DNA of 62,905 nt, the filler included, from Octopus bimaculoides (Eukaryota), in the NCBI RefSeq assembly GCF_001194135.2. It is 6 parts of 6 records of this genome, joined end to end, with 100 filler letters (N's around TTAATTAATTAA, not from the genome) between each part and the next. Parts side by side here need not be neighbours in the genome. Positions count along the whole stretch, not along the records: positions 45,296 to 56,735 come from NC_068986.1; positions 56,836 to 60,371 come from NC_068983.1; positions 60,472 to 62,905 come from NW_026339393.1; 3 more parts are not named here. One strand, given 5' to 3'. Of this stretch, positions 50,247-62,905 are shown piece by piece (positions within the stretch are counted from its first letter, which is position 1; the number at the start of each line of letters is the position of its first letter). Made by a program: the position numbers and the translations under genes. The notes under the pieces are model-generated. The model made no database searches. It saw only the letters and a list, made by a program, of their open reading frames with translations, and was not told the origin of the DNA.

Positions 50247-50410
50247 GGAAAATTCCTGGTATACTCTCTTTCCCCATTCCATTCCATTCTGCCGTTGATG
50301 ACTTTGGCTGAAAACTTAAGAGGTACCGGGCTTAGATGCGAATACTCTGGTATAGAAATGAACCATGTTTTGTACATGCACGATCTCAAGTTATATAGTA
50401 CAAAAGAAAA
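50247..50410 (+). mobile_element. R4/Dong-like RT core fragment
   Basis: YSLSPFHSILPLMTLAENLRGTG..EMNHVLYMHDLKLY, a decayed GDSLSP..NHLLYMDDLKLY. Confidence 0.75.
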
Positions 50411-50855
50411 AAATAAGAAACACTACTACAGAGAGTACATGGATTTACAACACGAATAAGCATGTGATTCAGCAGACAAAAATTCCGCACATTTACCGTC
50501 ACTAGAGGAAAATTAATAGCAATAATATTATACACGATAAAGAATCTGGGATAAGGGAAGAGAGCCAAACACAAACACAAACACAAAGAATTAGAAATTA
50601 ATGTTTTTGTCTCTACTTGATATTCGCCATTATTTGCTAGACTAATCCCACTCTACGTTGCAGTTGCAAATCACGCAACTATTATTGTTGTTCCTCTTGC
50701 TGCTGCTATTCTCTTTCCTTTTAGCATTCATGTTCCTTGCGGTGGCGTTGTTATTGCTGATGCAAACCGTATTTTGCTTGCTACCGCAATAGTTTTCGCT
50801 GTTGTTACTTCTAATGTCGATGATGTCAGTGATATTTATTATTGTTGTTCTTTTA

Positions 50856-51059
50856 TTCTTTTACTTGTTTCAGTCAATTGACTGTGGTCATGCTGGAGCA
50901 CCGCCTTTCAGTCGAGGAAATCGCCCCCCCTCTTGCACTTATTATTTGTAAGCCTGGTGCTTATTCTATTGGTGTCGTCTACCAAACATCTAAGTTACGG
51001 AGACGTAAAGACACCAACATCTGTTGTCAAGCGATGGTGGAGGGGACAAACAGACATAA

Positions 51060-51118
<59 letters not shown>

Positions 51119-51128
51119 NNNNNNNNNN

Positions 51129-51183
<55 letters not shown>

Positions 51184-51320
51184 GACAGGCTTTTTTCAGT
51201 TTCCGTCTACCAATTCCAGTCACAAGGTTTTGGTCAGCCCGAGGCTATAGTAGAAGACAATTGCCCAAGGTGCCAAGCAGCGGAGCTGAACCCGGAACCA
51301 TGTGGTTGGGAAGTAAGCTT
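50856..51320 (-). mobile_element. Family-3 SINE with internal (CA)n(TA)n
   Basis: Same architecture as 44164-44555; tail TTTTACTTGTTTCAGTCA..GGCCATGCTGGAGCACCGCC-type. Confidence 0.8.
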
Positions 51321-52066
51321 TTGTTATTTTATTTCCTTTGTTCCTGGTGATGCTGCTGTTGTTCATTTTTCATTGTACTTCCAGTGCGGTGTTTCTGAGG
51401 AAACATGCGTTGTCTTAGAACTGGTTACGGTTATTGATAACAATAGGGATAGCACACGAGTCTTTACAGGGACCAATTTCTGATGAAGCAAAGGATAAAA
51501 GTCTATATCAAAACATATTTCTCGATTGCCTTTTCACTAGTATACAATACTAGACAGGCTGTTTTTGGTAATTCCTTCCAAACAAAGGATTTGTTTGACT
51601 GAAATAGCAGCAACACGTTAGGTATTCAGAATCGAAATGGAAAATATCTTCACTATTTTTTCCTGGATATCTTTGGAAAGCAAACGTAATATTTCAGATG
51701 ACAAAGAGGAAAAGTAAATCGATTTCTTCTAAAGAATAAAATTGCGATCATAAAAATACATTGGATAATAAGACCTGGTTGAATAATATACTTATAGAAG
51801 CATAGGTCTCCTTGAAGTCAACTACGGATAAATGTAGCTGCAGCCGTAAAAATATATGCCAGCATATAGAATGAATCTCTTAGTCTGAATGCGTTGCGAT
51901 CACAATATGAAATTGTGTAAAACATAGTTCAAAGTGGTATTCAAAACGGAAAAAAAAACTGATAGAGAAAAACATTTCTCGATTCCTTACTTCCCTAATT
52001 AAATCATTTTTTTTTTGCTTTCATTATTGTAATTTTGTCATAAATTTATCTGTACTTCGAATATTA

Positions 52067-52400
52067 TTACATTTGTAATCTGCCTGCAATGTCTATCAGT
52101 AAGCAGGTGTTTTCCAGTATTATGCCTGGGCGATTAGCTTTTCTTTCTTTCTTTCTTTCTTTCTTTCTTTTTGTTTTGAACTGGCATATCCCAGATGATT
52201 GTGGTCTGGTCGTTGTCTTATACCTTGCTTGGCTCATGCTTATATCACCTACTGTCAGTTTTGATGATTCGTAATGTTGGCATATTGTCCAGTGGGTATA
52301 ACTGCTTACTTTATTGTGTCTGTTTACATATTCAGACTTGGCAAAGATTGGGCAACCCATGTGACATACACAACTTGGTGCTGAACAAATTTGGTTGGCA
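52067..52400 (-). mobile_element. R4/Dong-like RLE fragment interrupted by (GAAA)n
   Basis: GCPIFAKSEYVNRHNKVSSYTHWTICQHY; YKHEPSKV*DNDQTTIIWDMPVQ; ANRPGIIL..CLLIDIA. Confidence 0.8.
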
Positions 52401-54239
52401 GAAACTGTATGGAAACGCATCGGTTATATGTATGTGTGAGCATGGGTATGCTTTGTGTCTGTATTTATCGCATAACCGCTTTGCAACCGGACGTTGTTTG
52501 TTTACATTCCTCATTCCTCTAAGCTCGGCTAACGAGATGGAAAGCAGTCGATTTTCGAGCAAAAGCATCCAAGGCACTGCCCTAGCATGACCGAAGTCCA
52601 AAGACTGTAACAAAAAGATACTAATATAAAACAAAGAAACTCTAATGAATCAGTAGATATATTCTTTAGAGAATATTCCAAAATTTATGTGGCGTTAAAT
52701 TGTTGAGAATAAGTCTTTCACCCAGTAGAATGGTAATCTTTCTCAAGTAAACTTTTATATCAGAATGAATTAAACAATGAACAGCAGATCAACGAATTAC
52801 TCGTCTGGTTTTGAAGTAGAACTATTGTTTACAGCGATGAATTAAATCATATTGTTGTTCATATTTAGAAATTTACAAGAAGTGTTAGTCCTCTGAGCAT
52901 TACGTGTTATAAGCCTAGCGTCTTCTATTCTGGTTGACTAATACACACTTTCTATAAGATTTCTCTCATGAACAAGCATATTATCGTTGAAACTATTCTC
53001 CCGTGTATAAAGGAATAAACAGCTTCACAGTTTTCTCAGCGTATATTGATAATATTAAAACTATTTTCTCCTTCCCCTTTTTACTGTTTATCTAGATTTG
53101 AGACAGAACATTTTAAATTTAGGGAAAAAAATATACGTAATGTCTTAAGAGAGATACATATGTTGGCGCCATTAATATATTTAGTTTGGTTTTTTTTCTG
53201 CATATTGTTATATTCAATTTGATGAAATATACGCATGAGTTTGCTCGGTCAAGGCTTGTTGCTAAGAATAACAATTCATCGTCCCTCAAGGGAATTGTTT
53301 TGATCATTAAGCATTGCACCGTAAAATACCACAGAGTAAGTGAATTACTTAAACTATATGTAGCGGTTTACATACATAATCGATGTTGTAAAGACCGGAA
53401 GGTCAAATGTAACATTGAAAGAAGTTAATGTTTTGTCGACGCCAATTTTTATATAAGTTTGATTTGATTGTTTCTGCTATTGTTATTTCATTATGCGTTG
53501 TTTTATTGTATTCTCCTGTTTATAAGAAGATACATCAATGTTCCTGCTAAACTCTCCACAGTCCCCTCTGTGATGATACTTTCCAGGAAAAGGAAAATAA
53601 CAAAAGTGAGTGTTGCATAAACTATAGTGCAAATGGTTTTGTTTTTCAAATCAAATAGCTACACTTTTGTTGTTGTTGTTGCTGCTGATGTTGTTGTTGT
53701 TGTTGTTGTTTTTGTTGTTGTTGTTGTTGTTATTGCTCATGTTGTTGTTGTTGTTGTTTAAAAGATTCCAGTTGGAAATCATCCTGCCTTTTTCCCCAAA
53801 TATGGTGTACATATAACCACATTATTTGATGTATCTTTCCCGTCTAAGCCAGTAGACTAAGTCTGAATGCCATTGGGTTGCTATTTGAAGAAGCTTAATA
53901 ACGGAGCAAGAGGCAGCATTTCTCACTCGAGACTCATCATCATCGTGTTCTCGCAACCTGCTATGTACCCAGACAAGATCTGGTGCCTACAATATAGAAA
54001 AAATCGAATAATACATCCACAGCGAATAAAAAATACATGCCAATAACCGTTGCACTGAAAAATATTGTGAAAACCACCAGCATAGAAGCCGAGATGTTTG
54101 GACATGTTGGGAGCATACACCATTGCTATGGCTTAAAAAGGCTGAAATGCCTCTAACACTCTCTTTTGTCACTGTCAGTGATGTTTTCCGTTTTATTCCG
54201 ATGCATATTGTGTATGTACAAAGAACATTTCAGCTAAAA

Positions 54240-54790
54240 ATATTACTATTGGACATGAAAGGATGTTGCTGTGCAAAACATTCAAATATCTAAGCAGCAC
54301 CATAATGCATGGCCTAGGGAAATCACATACAAAATGAGCAGAGCCAGTGCTTCATTTGGCAGATTTGGCAAGGGCTATAGAAAAATAGGCGTGCTTTTGT
54401 ACTTGTCAAGTGTAAGGTTTGCCAGGCTATAGAGCTTTCTTCCCTGCTGTATGGAGCGGAAACCAGCACAGCTTATAAAGCTCAAGTAGACAAGTTACAT
54501 GCATAGAGGACGAGAGAGATACGATGAATTATGAATATTATTCTGTCTAAAAAGATCAGAAATAAAGAGAATCTACGGTGTGGTGGACTGCCTCCTCTGA
54601 TGGAAATTTATGTTAGTTGGGTCACCTGCAGAGGATGGGCAACAACAGACTCCCCAAACAAATCCTTTACTCCCATCTATGCAATGGAAAAGAAACCACG
54701 GAAGGTCTAAACTGCAAGGATATTGCGAAAGGAACGCGAAATGGAAAGGAATTGATCATAATGGCAAAACCAAGCGAGAATCCGACTATT
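54240..54790 (+). mobile_element. RTE (BovB-like) LINE 3' fragment
   Basis: FKYLSST; MSRASASFGR; SSLLYGAETSTAYKAQVDKLHA; LGHLQRMGNNRLPKQILYSHL. Confidence 0.8.
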
Positions 54791-56835
54791 ATAAAGAAAG
54801 CCTATCAAGTCATGCCAACCCCATGAACAGTTATATTCCCGAAGATACACAGAATATCTATAACAAATTTTTACCTCGGACGAAATGTACAGTAAGATGC
54901 TTGTTAATGCTGTATATTAAGTATGATACATGGGTGGCAATTATAATTTACTACTACTTCACCTGCACCGATCGGATGAATATGCATGGTTTCGCTTATA
55001 TATGACAAAAAATGGTAACAGAATAAATTACTTAATACGTAAATTACAGTTAAATAATTGTTTCTTTAAAAAGGAAACCCTGGCTTCATTTTCTAAAATT
55101 TGTGTTCCAAACTGTGTATTCCCCAAAATGATGTTATTCGCGTATATAACAAACAGTAATACAAATAAGTATTGAAGTCGGAGAATCGATATCGATGAAA
55201 TTTAATACAAAATTCAAGTGACACGGCCCAACGGAAGTTGAGTTTAAAAATGTAGCAACACAGGAGAGACGAAATGAATTTTAAAATACATATAAAATAA
55301 GCTTTATTAGAACAAATATGTTAGTATTTTGGTAAGCAATTCATGTGTGCTTAAAAACATATTTAAATATTTTATGTATAGAGATTATCGAATTTGGAAA
55401 TAGTGTATTTTTTTCGAATGAAATAAAGCGAAAACGGGACGGAATCGATGGGGCAATTATAATAGTGATCTATTTCATCATAGACTGGAGCTTAATCTTG
55501 TTTCCAATGCGTAACAATGACTGAGATTAAAATACACTCCTTGAATGAGACAACGGCCGATCGTAGAGGTAACATCCCAGTCATTGTTGGAACGCATTTA
55601 CATTTGAATGAACTGGAACAACGGGAAATGAACAGTTTTATTCAACCACCTACTTACGAAGCTGAGTGCAACATCCTAAATATTACGCCATTAAAATATT
55701 CGATTTTTTAAACATTTATATTCTAGTTATAAATATTTCCAAGTGCCACTAATGTTGCAGTGAAATAAGTTTAACAGAAATCTACTCAGTGTGCAATACA
55801 AAAACAACATATATTTGAAGAAAAGTTTCTATGTCGTATCTATGTCGAATAAATACGTATGCGATTTTTTTTTTCAATAATGAATGTGTTTATTCAGTCT
55901 ATTTCAAATAGATTAAAAAGTAAAATTTTATATGAAATATAAGTAAAGAAACCAACAGCAATACGTTTCTTTGGAAATGTTCTTTTATTTATACGTATAG
56001 AGATAAGAATAAGTTGGAAATACTGTTGCTATTATTATTTTGATTAAATTGCTAACAGACCATCGTTATAGAAATGTACGTAAACAAATAAGGAGCTATA
56101 AGACTTTTTAGTAAGAATGAAAAAAAATGCTTTCAATTATTTCAAAGAGAATTTTACGGAAATAAGTTTGAATTATCGTTTGTGTTATTATTTTTGTTAA
56201 ATATATTATCACACCCTGAAACAATTTAATAAAGAATTCAGAAATTATACGGCCTGTGTAGATGAAACTCATAAAGCTTCTTTGTCATAGTGTTTTAAAG
56301 AATTTTGCTTAAACAGTTATATTCAGCGTGTCTACTATAACTTTACAATAACAGATTTTGAACGAAACCTCAAGTCATTACAACGAAACACTCAGCAAGC
56401 GTTTTGGAAAAAATGGCCTTAACGCCTGCGCAAAGTAATTATGGTGTGCTTTCTTTATGTATCGGAAACTTTTAGGTCACTTGCTTTAAATTACCTCTCA
56501 TGTAATAAGTTTTCTTCTAGACGAATTTCAACGGCGTCGTCGTTTAGTAATGTCCACAAGAACTAAGTTTTGAAGGCTTCTACTTTGCTCTGTGCGAATC
56601 TTCAGTTAGAAATGTTTTTGATTTAGAGGTCTAAATTGCAACTTCAGAGAATAAATTAATTTTATTATCTATAATCATCGCGGCAGGACGGCAGAGCACG
56701 GCAGACAAAACCTTTGCCACATTATAGAGGAAGAANNNNNNNNNNNNNNNNNNNNNNNNNNNNNNNNNNNNNNNNNNNNTTAATTAATTAANNNNNNNNN
56801 NNNNNNNNNNNNNNNNNNNNNNNNNNNNNNNNNNN

Positions 56836-56869
<34 letters not shown>

Positions 56870-57265
56870 TTATATACACCGTTTGTTCGCGTGTTGTAAC
56901 TGCATGTATGCGTCTGCTTGCTTGAATGACTGTATACATGTATTAGTGTATGTGTGCACGTGTATGTATATGTGTGTGTTTGTGTGTGTGTGTGTGTGAA
57001 TTTATATATTTATATTTAGACATATATGTGCATATATACAGATACATATTCATATTATATGTACGTGAAAATATACATACATATAAATTCACACATACAC
57101 ATATGTGTGTGTGTGTGTATGTGTGTGTGTGTGTGTGTGTGTGCGTGTGTGTGGCTGTTACATGCACCTATGTAATCTGTATAAACACACACACACACAT
57201 ATATATATATATTTATGCCTATGTTTGTATTTGTGCGTGTTTATGCATGAGTGTTTGTGTTGGGG

Positions 57266-57299
<34 letters not shown>

Positions 57300-57329
57300 T
57301 ATACATACATATATATGTATGTATGTGTA

Positions 57330-57362
<33 letters not shown>

Positions 57363-57852
57363 CAGTGTAGTTGCGATTTATACAAATGCTCGGCATTACC
57401 GATCATGAAACACCGGTTATAAATTAAATACTAGAATTCATTGAACCGGGGGCTTAAATTCGATTGCCTGGATGCACCTCTGACCAACACATCATACCAA
57501 GCCTCTGCTGACAAATCAAGCGAACTGAAGTTGTTCTCCAGTTAACTTCTTGTATAAATGTTGCCCAGATTTATCTTCCCTTACGTTAATATCTTTAATA
57601 TAATGATATTTATACAATTTACTTTATCCTCAGATTCACATTTGTCCGCAATATATCGCTTTTGTATAGTATTCATTAATTTGCCTTTAATCTTTCTTTT
57701 TATATTATGCTACATCAATAGCATAATATACGATATATATAATATAATATAATATGATATAATATAACATAATAAATTACATTATAATGCAGTGTTTTAT
57801 GTTACGTTAGTTTATATTCGATTACAACATATTTTATTATTTTACGGTCATA

Positions 57853-58070
57853 AGGCGGTGAGCTAGAAGAGTCGTTAGCATGCCGGAGAAATGCTTAGCA
57901 GCATATATACGACTTTACGTTTTGAGTTCAAATACCGGAATTTTGGGGGAGGGCGCCAGTCGATTACATCAACCCCAGTACGCAACAGGTACTTAATTTA
58001 TCAACCCCGAAAGGATAAATAGCAAAGTAAACCTTGGCGGAATTTGAACTCAGAACATAAAAACAGAGGA
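57853..58070. mobile_element. Chimeric family-1 SINE: + head fused to - body
   Basis: + head ends TTTTGAGTTCAAATACCG, followed directly by a reverse-complement body ending CGGAATTTGAACTCAGAACATAAA. Confidence 0.7.
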
Positions 58071-58431
58071 GAGATTATAACTTATAATATTGTTACAGAG
58101 AGGGGGGGTATTTTAGAATCGTAAGGGGGAGAAGGAGGAGGAGGGTTAGTTTCAGGTAGTTTTAGCTGAGTGAAGTGGTAGGGGAATAGTAAGTATTAAA
58201 AGGAAGGGAGGTGAGGGTTACTATGTTTTTGATACAGCTACATAAGAAACTAATAGCGTGTAGTAGGTGGATGGTAACATTACAACGGATGTTACTCAGA
58301 GAGACGCATTCTGCTGTCCGTTACACAAATTTACACTCAATTGTGATTTCAGGATAAAGGTGTCTAAAAGAACATTGAAGGTGAAGTATTCCTTGAAAAT
58401 TATTCATTTCGTCTTTATTAGATATAAAACT

Positions 58432-58473
<42 letters not shown>

Positions 58474-58529
58474 CCTTAGATAGACCTACACATGTTTCAA
58501 TTGCACCGATTAGCAACCGTTGCAATTGC

Positions 58530-58880
58530 AACCCCACCTATGCCTCAATATACGAGTCAATTTGTTCCCGGAAGCCGCTCGTAAAGCGAAAAATCGTAAA
58601 GCAGAGCAATGATTACCCATAGCAGCAATGGTATAAATCATAATTCGTTACCAGAAAACTATTTAACTTATGAAATTTAAAATTCTCGAAAATAAATGGC
58701 AATAAAGCAAGAGAAGGTTATAAAAGAATATGTTATGTAAAGTACAAAGAATGTCAAGACCACTTATAATAAAAATAACTATCATTGTTACTATTGTTTT
58801 CTGAATCTCTTTCTCTCGCGCAAACCATCACTTGTAGACGCGATCGCCGATTCACAAGCACTCGTAGACGGACTTGTATA
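58530..58880. mobile_element. Possible Tigger/pogo-type non-autonomous element
   Basis: CCTCAATATACGAGT...GCTCGTAAAGCGAAAAATCGTAAAGC subterminal repeats typical of this group; right end degraded. Confidence 0.35.
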
Positions 58881-60089
58881 TTTCGGTTTTAAAAACAAGT
58901 CTAGAGTTTTTTGCTTAGCAGAAGCTTTTTTTCGCTCTCTATGAATTTNNNNNNNNNNTAAAGTTTCCTATGCTTTTCTTTGTCGGCTGTCACCTGCCTA
59001 TTCCATCTTCCCGAGTAATCCGATTGCATGGTTATATAACGTAGAACTTCTTTCGGCTTAGGATGAGTGTAATAATTACAATAATAACATAAGGATGGAA
59101 ATTCATAGGCTTCATGTTTCTGCACCTTACAAGTCTACTAAGTAACAATTTTCCATCTTCACAAGATATTATTTAAGATTACTCTTAATATTTTTGAATT
59201 TGAGTTCTTATATTCCCAACTCCATCTCACTGTGGATTCTTCCTCAGTTCTCAGTGCCGCGTCTTTGTTTCTACAAGCCATATTTACTGACCTTAAGGGC
59301 ATTCACTGTTTTACACGAATTATATCATTTCATTCGACTGCTGGGCGTTTCTTGTCACTAGTCCCAGATAAACAAAGGAACAAAGAAAACCAAAAGAAAC
59401 ATACAAAATGGGGCGTACCTCCCCAACAACTTGTAGGTGTGTCGGGTGAAGGAACGAACAGGGACAAAAACAGAACAAAGAATCATTCCATCATTTTCCA
59501 TCTAAAATAATATAAGAAAAGGGTGGAGAATATGATATTCAAATTAAGGGCGGCGCCTTCAACTACATTTCTTGCTCATGGTAATTACGTTTCGTTAGAA
59601 GATAATGCTGTTTAGATAAAGATGGAGATAATGACGATCTATCGGTTATTATAAGTCTATGTTTTCATCTTCACCCTAGACCATTTATCATTAATATGAA
59701 TGTAAGGAAACATAAATCTTTTAATGTTATCTTTTGATGGTCTTCTAAGATTTTATATTTTTTTAAATTCCTGTAATGCCCCACTAAGCTATTTTTGTAT
59801 GCATCAATTACCACAAATTTATTGCCACCTACCTATCTCTTAAAGGGGTGTACTGTCTATTCATAGGACTTGTGCCTTCCTAACTTATTTTAAAATCAGT
59901 AATTCTGACTTGCAGTAACAAAAATGCGATACCCGAGGAAGCACCCACATGGAGTTGGGAAAATAAATTTCAAATTCATGAACATTGAAGATGGAAAGTT
60001 GTAACTTAATTAATGCGTAAGGTGCAGAAACATATGTTGCAACGCATTATTAAAGCCTACAAATGTCCATCCGTAAGTTATTACCGTTA

Positions 60090-60151
<62 letters not shown>

Positions 60152-60153
60152 GT

Positions 60154-60308
60154 AAGCGCAGGCGTAGCTGTATGGTGCGACGTTTTCTTCTCGACCACAT
60201 GGCTCTGGGTTCAGTCCCACTGAGTGACAACTCGGGCAAATCCTTACTACTACAGCCATGAGCTTGTGAATGGATTTAGTTGATGGAAACTGAAAGAATC
60301 CCGTCGTA
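60154..60308 (+). mobile_element. Family-3 SINE head running into (TG)n and a gap
   Basis: GCGCAGGCGTAGCTGTATGG..GGGTTCAGTCCCACTG..GGAAACTGAAAGAATCCCGTCGTATA. Confidence 0.75.
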
Positions 60309-60313
60309 TATGT

Positions 60314-60371
<58 letters not shown>

Positions 60372-60847
60372 NNNNNNNNNNNNNNNNNNNNNNNNNNNNN
60401 NNNNNNNNNNNNNNNTTAATTAATTAANNNNNNNNNNNNNNNNNNNNNNNNNNNNNNNNNNNNNNNNNNNNGTTTGCATACTGAATCTATCCAATTCGTT
60501 CGTCTATGCTATGCAGACGATATAAAGATATTAGTGTTAAGAAAAAAGAAAACATTTTCTTACAAATATCCCCACAAATTCACCATGTTTGATCTTCTTC
60601 AGCAGTATTATTGTTATAGAAAAGACTATTTGCCAACATAATGTGGCTGTCCTGCACAGTCTTGCAGTCCCTGCCAACTCAATACAACGCACAAGCGAGA
60701 GGCATAATATCGTACTGTTCATAGATTTGGGACGGTGTAAATGGTATATACCGTGTACACTATCGAAGAAAATGATCAACCCACTGACACACAAAGCTGC
60801 TTATCAAAGAATTCTTTCAACCGCTGACTAACGGACGAGTTATATGA

Positions 60848-60895
<48 letters not shown>

Positions 60896-61591
60896 CTCTC
60901 TCTCTACCTCCTCTCTCTATTCTCTCTCTCTTGCTCTGCCTGTCTCACTGCCCAGTTAGTTCGCCTTGTCTTACATCCATTCAGAGACTTCCGATTTACG
61001 TATTTTGCTTCCTCCCGTCACCCAAATTATGTCCATCATTTCTAGCCGGCACTAAACATAATGCCCAGCACTTCCATTATTTGGACAACAGGAATTCTCA
61101 CCAATGATTTGCCTGCCGCCGTGGACTTGCGACCGCTCAAAACCGTCTCACAGACCAGCGCAATATACAAGAATGTATCTACAAATTTTATCTTGCAGAT
61201 ATTCATGTGCACTGGATTAATGCAATGCAAGTAATTTATGTAAATACGCTTGCTGCTATTCAGTGATTCTTTTACTACTATAATCTAAGTCACATTTAAT
61301 ATTCAAATTAAAACAGCCAATCAACTAATCTTTAAACCCCCCCGCCTACTATAGATGCTCATGTCTCTTATTCTCTCCCTAAGTAATTCCATACGCCTTA
61401 ATTTCAAAAACAAAAATAATATAAGTATTTGACTGAAAATATTTCTCTGATATACACTTGTGGAATCGACGAACTGCCTGCTATCTCGACTGTAAAAGAA
61501 TCACTGAAAATAGATAAACTAACACTTTTATACTTTCAGTACAATAATTTTGTAAATTTTTCACGAAAAGTTTACCATCAAAATTGAGAAA

Positions 61592-62905
61592 ATGATATTC
61601 AGATCTTTTTATTTTCTTTTTTTAATCATATTCACAGTGAAAAGTGAAAATAATGCATTTAATATTATGCAAAATATTTTGTCGGAATATGATAATACCA
61701 CTGCAGCAGATAAAAACATTTCTCCGTGGTTTCTTAAACAAGTAATAAATTTCTTAAAATGTGGTCCTTTACCGAAGTTACACAACGGTAGAATACAATC
61801 TATCATAAAGTGGGAAGAACAAAAAATATATCTGGAACAAAAATGCAACCGCTATTTTCAAGCAAGCCACCGAAATACGACCGACGTTGTTTGTCTGAAT
61901 GGTAAATGGAAGTATCAAGATAAAAAATGTAAGTTAACAACCTGCCCAATTTTTCATAAACCTGCTCACAGTATCTTAACCGATGTTGCATACACATATA
62001 ACTCTGTTGTTTACTTCTCATGCTTTTCTGGTTATTCTATGCGAGGAAACACTACAATACGTTGTCAAGAAAATAGGCAGTGGTCAACTCCACCACCAGT
62101 TTGTGAAAGTACTAAATGTCTTCCACCGCATCCACCGAAAAATGGTAGTGTAAACAATACAAATGAAGTTAAAATTAACGAAACCATTTCTTTCAGTTGC
62201 TCAAAACCATATAATCTGAAAGGCGAATCAGTGTTAACTTGTCTTGAAGATGGTGAATGGAACTTTCCGACACCTATCTGCACGTTGAAATGCTTTGTAC
62301 CGGAAATTGCTGGCAGAGTGGTGACTATTTCTGAAGGTACAATTTTAAAACCCAGAACATTAATCAATGAAGGAGGGAAAGTGATATATTCTTGCAAACG
62401 ATCTTTCATTCCAGTTGCGTTTGGTGTCGTTCAATGCTTGTCAGGTAAATGGTACCCAGACATACAGTGCAGAAAAACGTGTGCAATTGAGGCACGAAGT
62501 GGATTAAATTTTATTTTGTTGCGTAATTCTTCAGTTATCGAATACAGCTGTTCAGCAGGAGAAACATTGTTGGGAGATTCTATCAGAACCTGTTTCGAAA
62601 ATGGAACCTGGAGTGGGACACTTCCAAGGTGTGTAAAAGGCTGTCAACTGTTACCCGAATTTGGCATATATAGCTACCGATATTCATACAATTTACAATA
62701 TCTTCCATTTGGCAGCTCAGTTCCACAAAATACGAATATTACTTATTCATGTCGCGTCAATTACTTTAGGTTTTCCTACGAAAGTTTAACTTGTAATAAT
62801 GGTGTATTGAATCCGCAACCAATCTGTTCATATATGAATAGAAGTGATGTTTGGCTGAATAAAAAGAACTCTCTTCAGTACAAAAATCGTTCAACAGTGT
62901 CGGTT
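61592..62905 (+). CDS. Secreted or membrane multi-sushi (CCP/SCR) domain protein, 3'-incomplete (at least 438 aa)
   Basis: Open frame from ATG 61592 to the window end, so absent from the ORF track. MIFRSFYFLFLIIFTVKS is signal-peptide-like. Six 4-Cys modules follow, e.g. CLPPHPPKNG...FSCSKPYNLKGESVLTCLEDGEWNFPTPIC and YSCSAGETLLGDSIRTCFENGTWSGTLPRC. Many N-x-S/T sites. Probable 5'-UTR acceptor tactttcag at 61531-61539. Confidence 0.93.
   Translation, partial: MIFRSFYFLFLIIFTVKSENNAFNIMQNILSEYDNTTAADKNISPWFLKQVINFLKCGPLPKLHNGRIQSIIKWEEQKIYLEQKCNRYFQASHRNTTDVVCLNGKWKYQDKKCKLTTCPIFHKPAHSILTDVAYTYNSVVYFSCFSGYSMRGNTTIRCQENRQWSTPPPVCESTKCLPPHPPKNGSVNNTNEVKINETISFSCSKPYNLKGESVLTCLEDGEWNFPTPICTLKCFVPEIAGRVVTISEGTILKPRTLINEGGKVIYSCKRSFIPVAFGVVQCLSGKWYPDIQCRKTCAIEARSGLNFILLRNSSVIEYSCSAGETLLGDSIRTCFENGTWSGTLPRCVKGCQLLPEFGIYSYRYSYNLQYLPFGSSVPQNTNITYSCRVNYFRFSYESLTCNNGVLNPQPICSYMNRSDVWLNKKNSLQYKNRSTVSV

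Noticed and set aside
60510-60521. YADD motif after the gap, suggesting an RT
   Set aside because: No other RT motifs could be read in frame, and the upstream sequence is missing.

Overview
AT-rich, microsatellite- and SINE-dense eukaryotic DNA. The SINE families and repeat landscape point to an octopus genome (inference). The window is gapped, and five 100-bp gaps carry an artificial TTAATTAATTAA marker, so contiguity across them is unproven. Three protein-coding loci are supported. (A) A complete 5-exon SLC16/monocarboxylate-transporter (MCT) gene on + (11017-17964, about 527 aa, all GT-AG phase-1 introns). (B) A tail-to-tail inverted paralog on -, of which only the last two exons are present (26426-25308 and 22949-22840). 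(C) A secreted-type protein missed by the ORF track (61592 to beyond 62905), with a signal peptide and at least six sushi/CCP modules in one uninterrupted exon. The rest is TE debris: three tRNA-derived SINE families, RTE and R4/Dong LINE fragments, a Penelope-like RT, mariner ends, hAT and other MITEs, a probable solo LTR and several zinc-knuckle gag-like ORF relics. The best lead is that the two MCT paralogs differ by one A/G at the codon aligned to the MCT1 proton-coupling Asp (AAT Asn in A, GAT Asp in B). Their inverted arrangement could let a read-through RNA fold back and place that A opposite a C, a favoured ADAR substrate. This editing idea is a hypothesis, not something the DNA proves.
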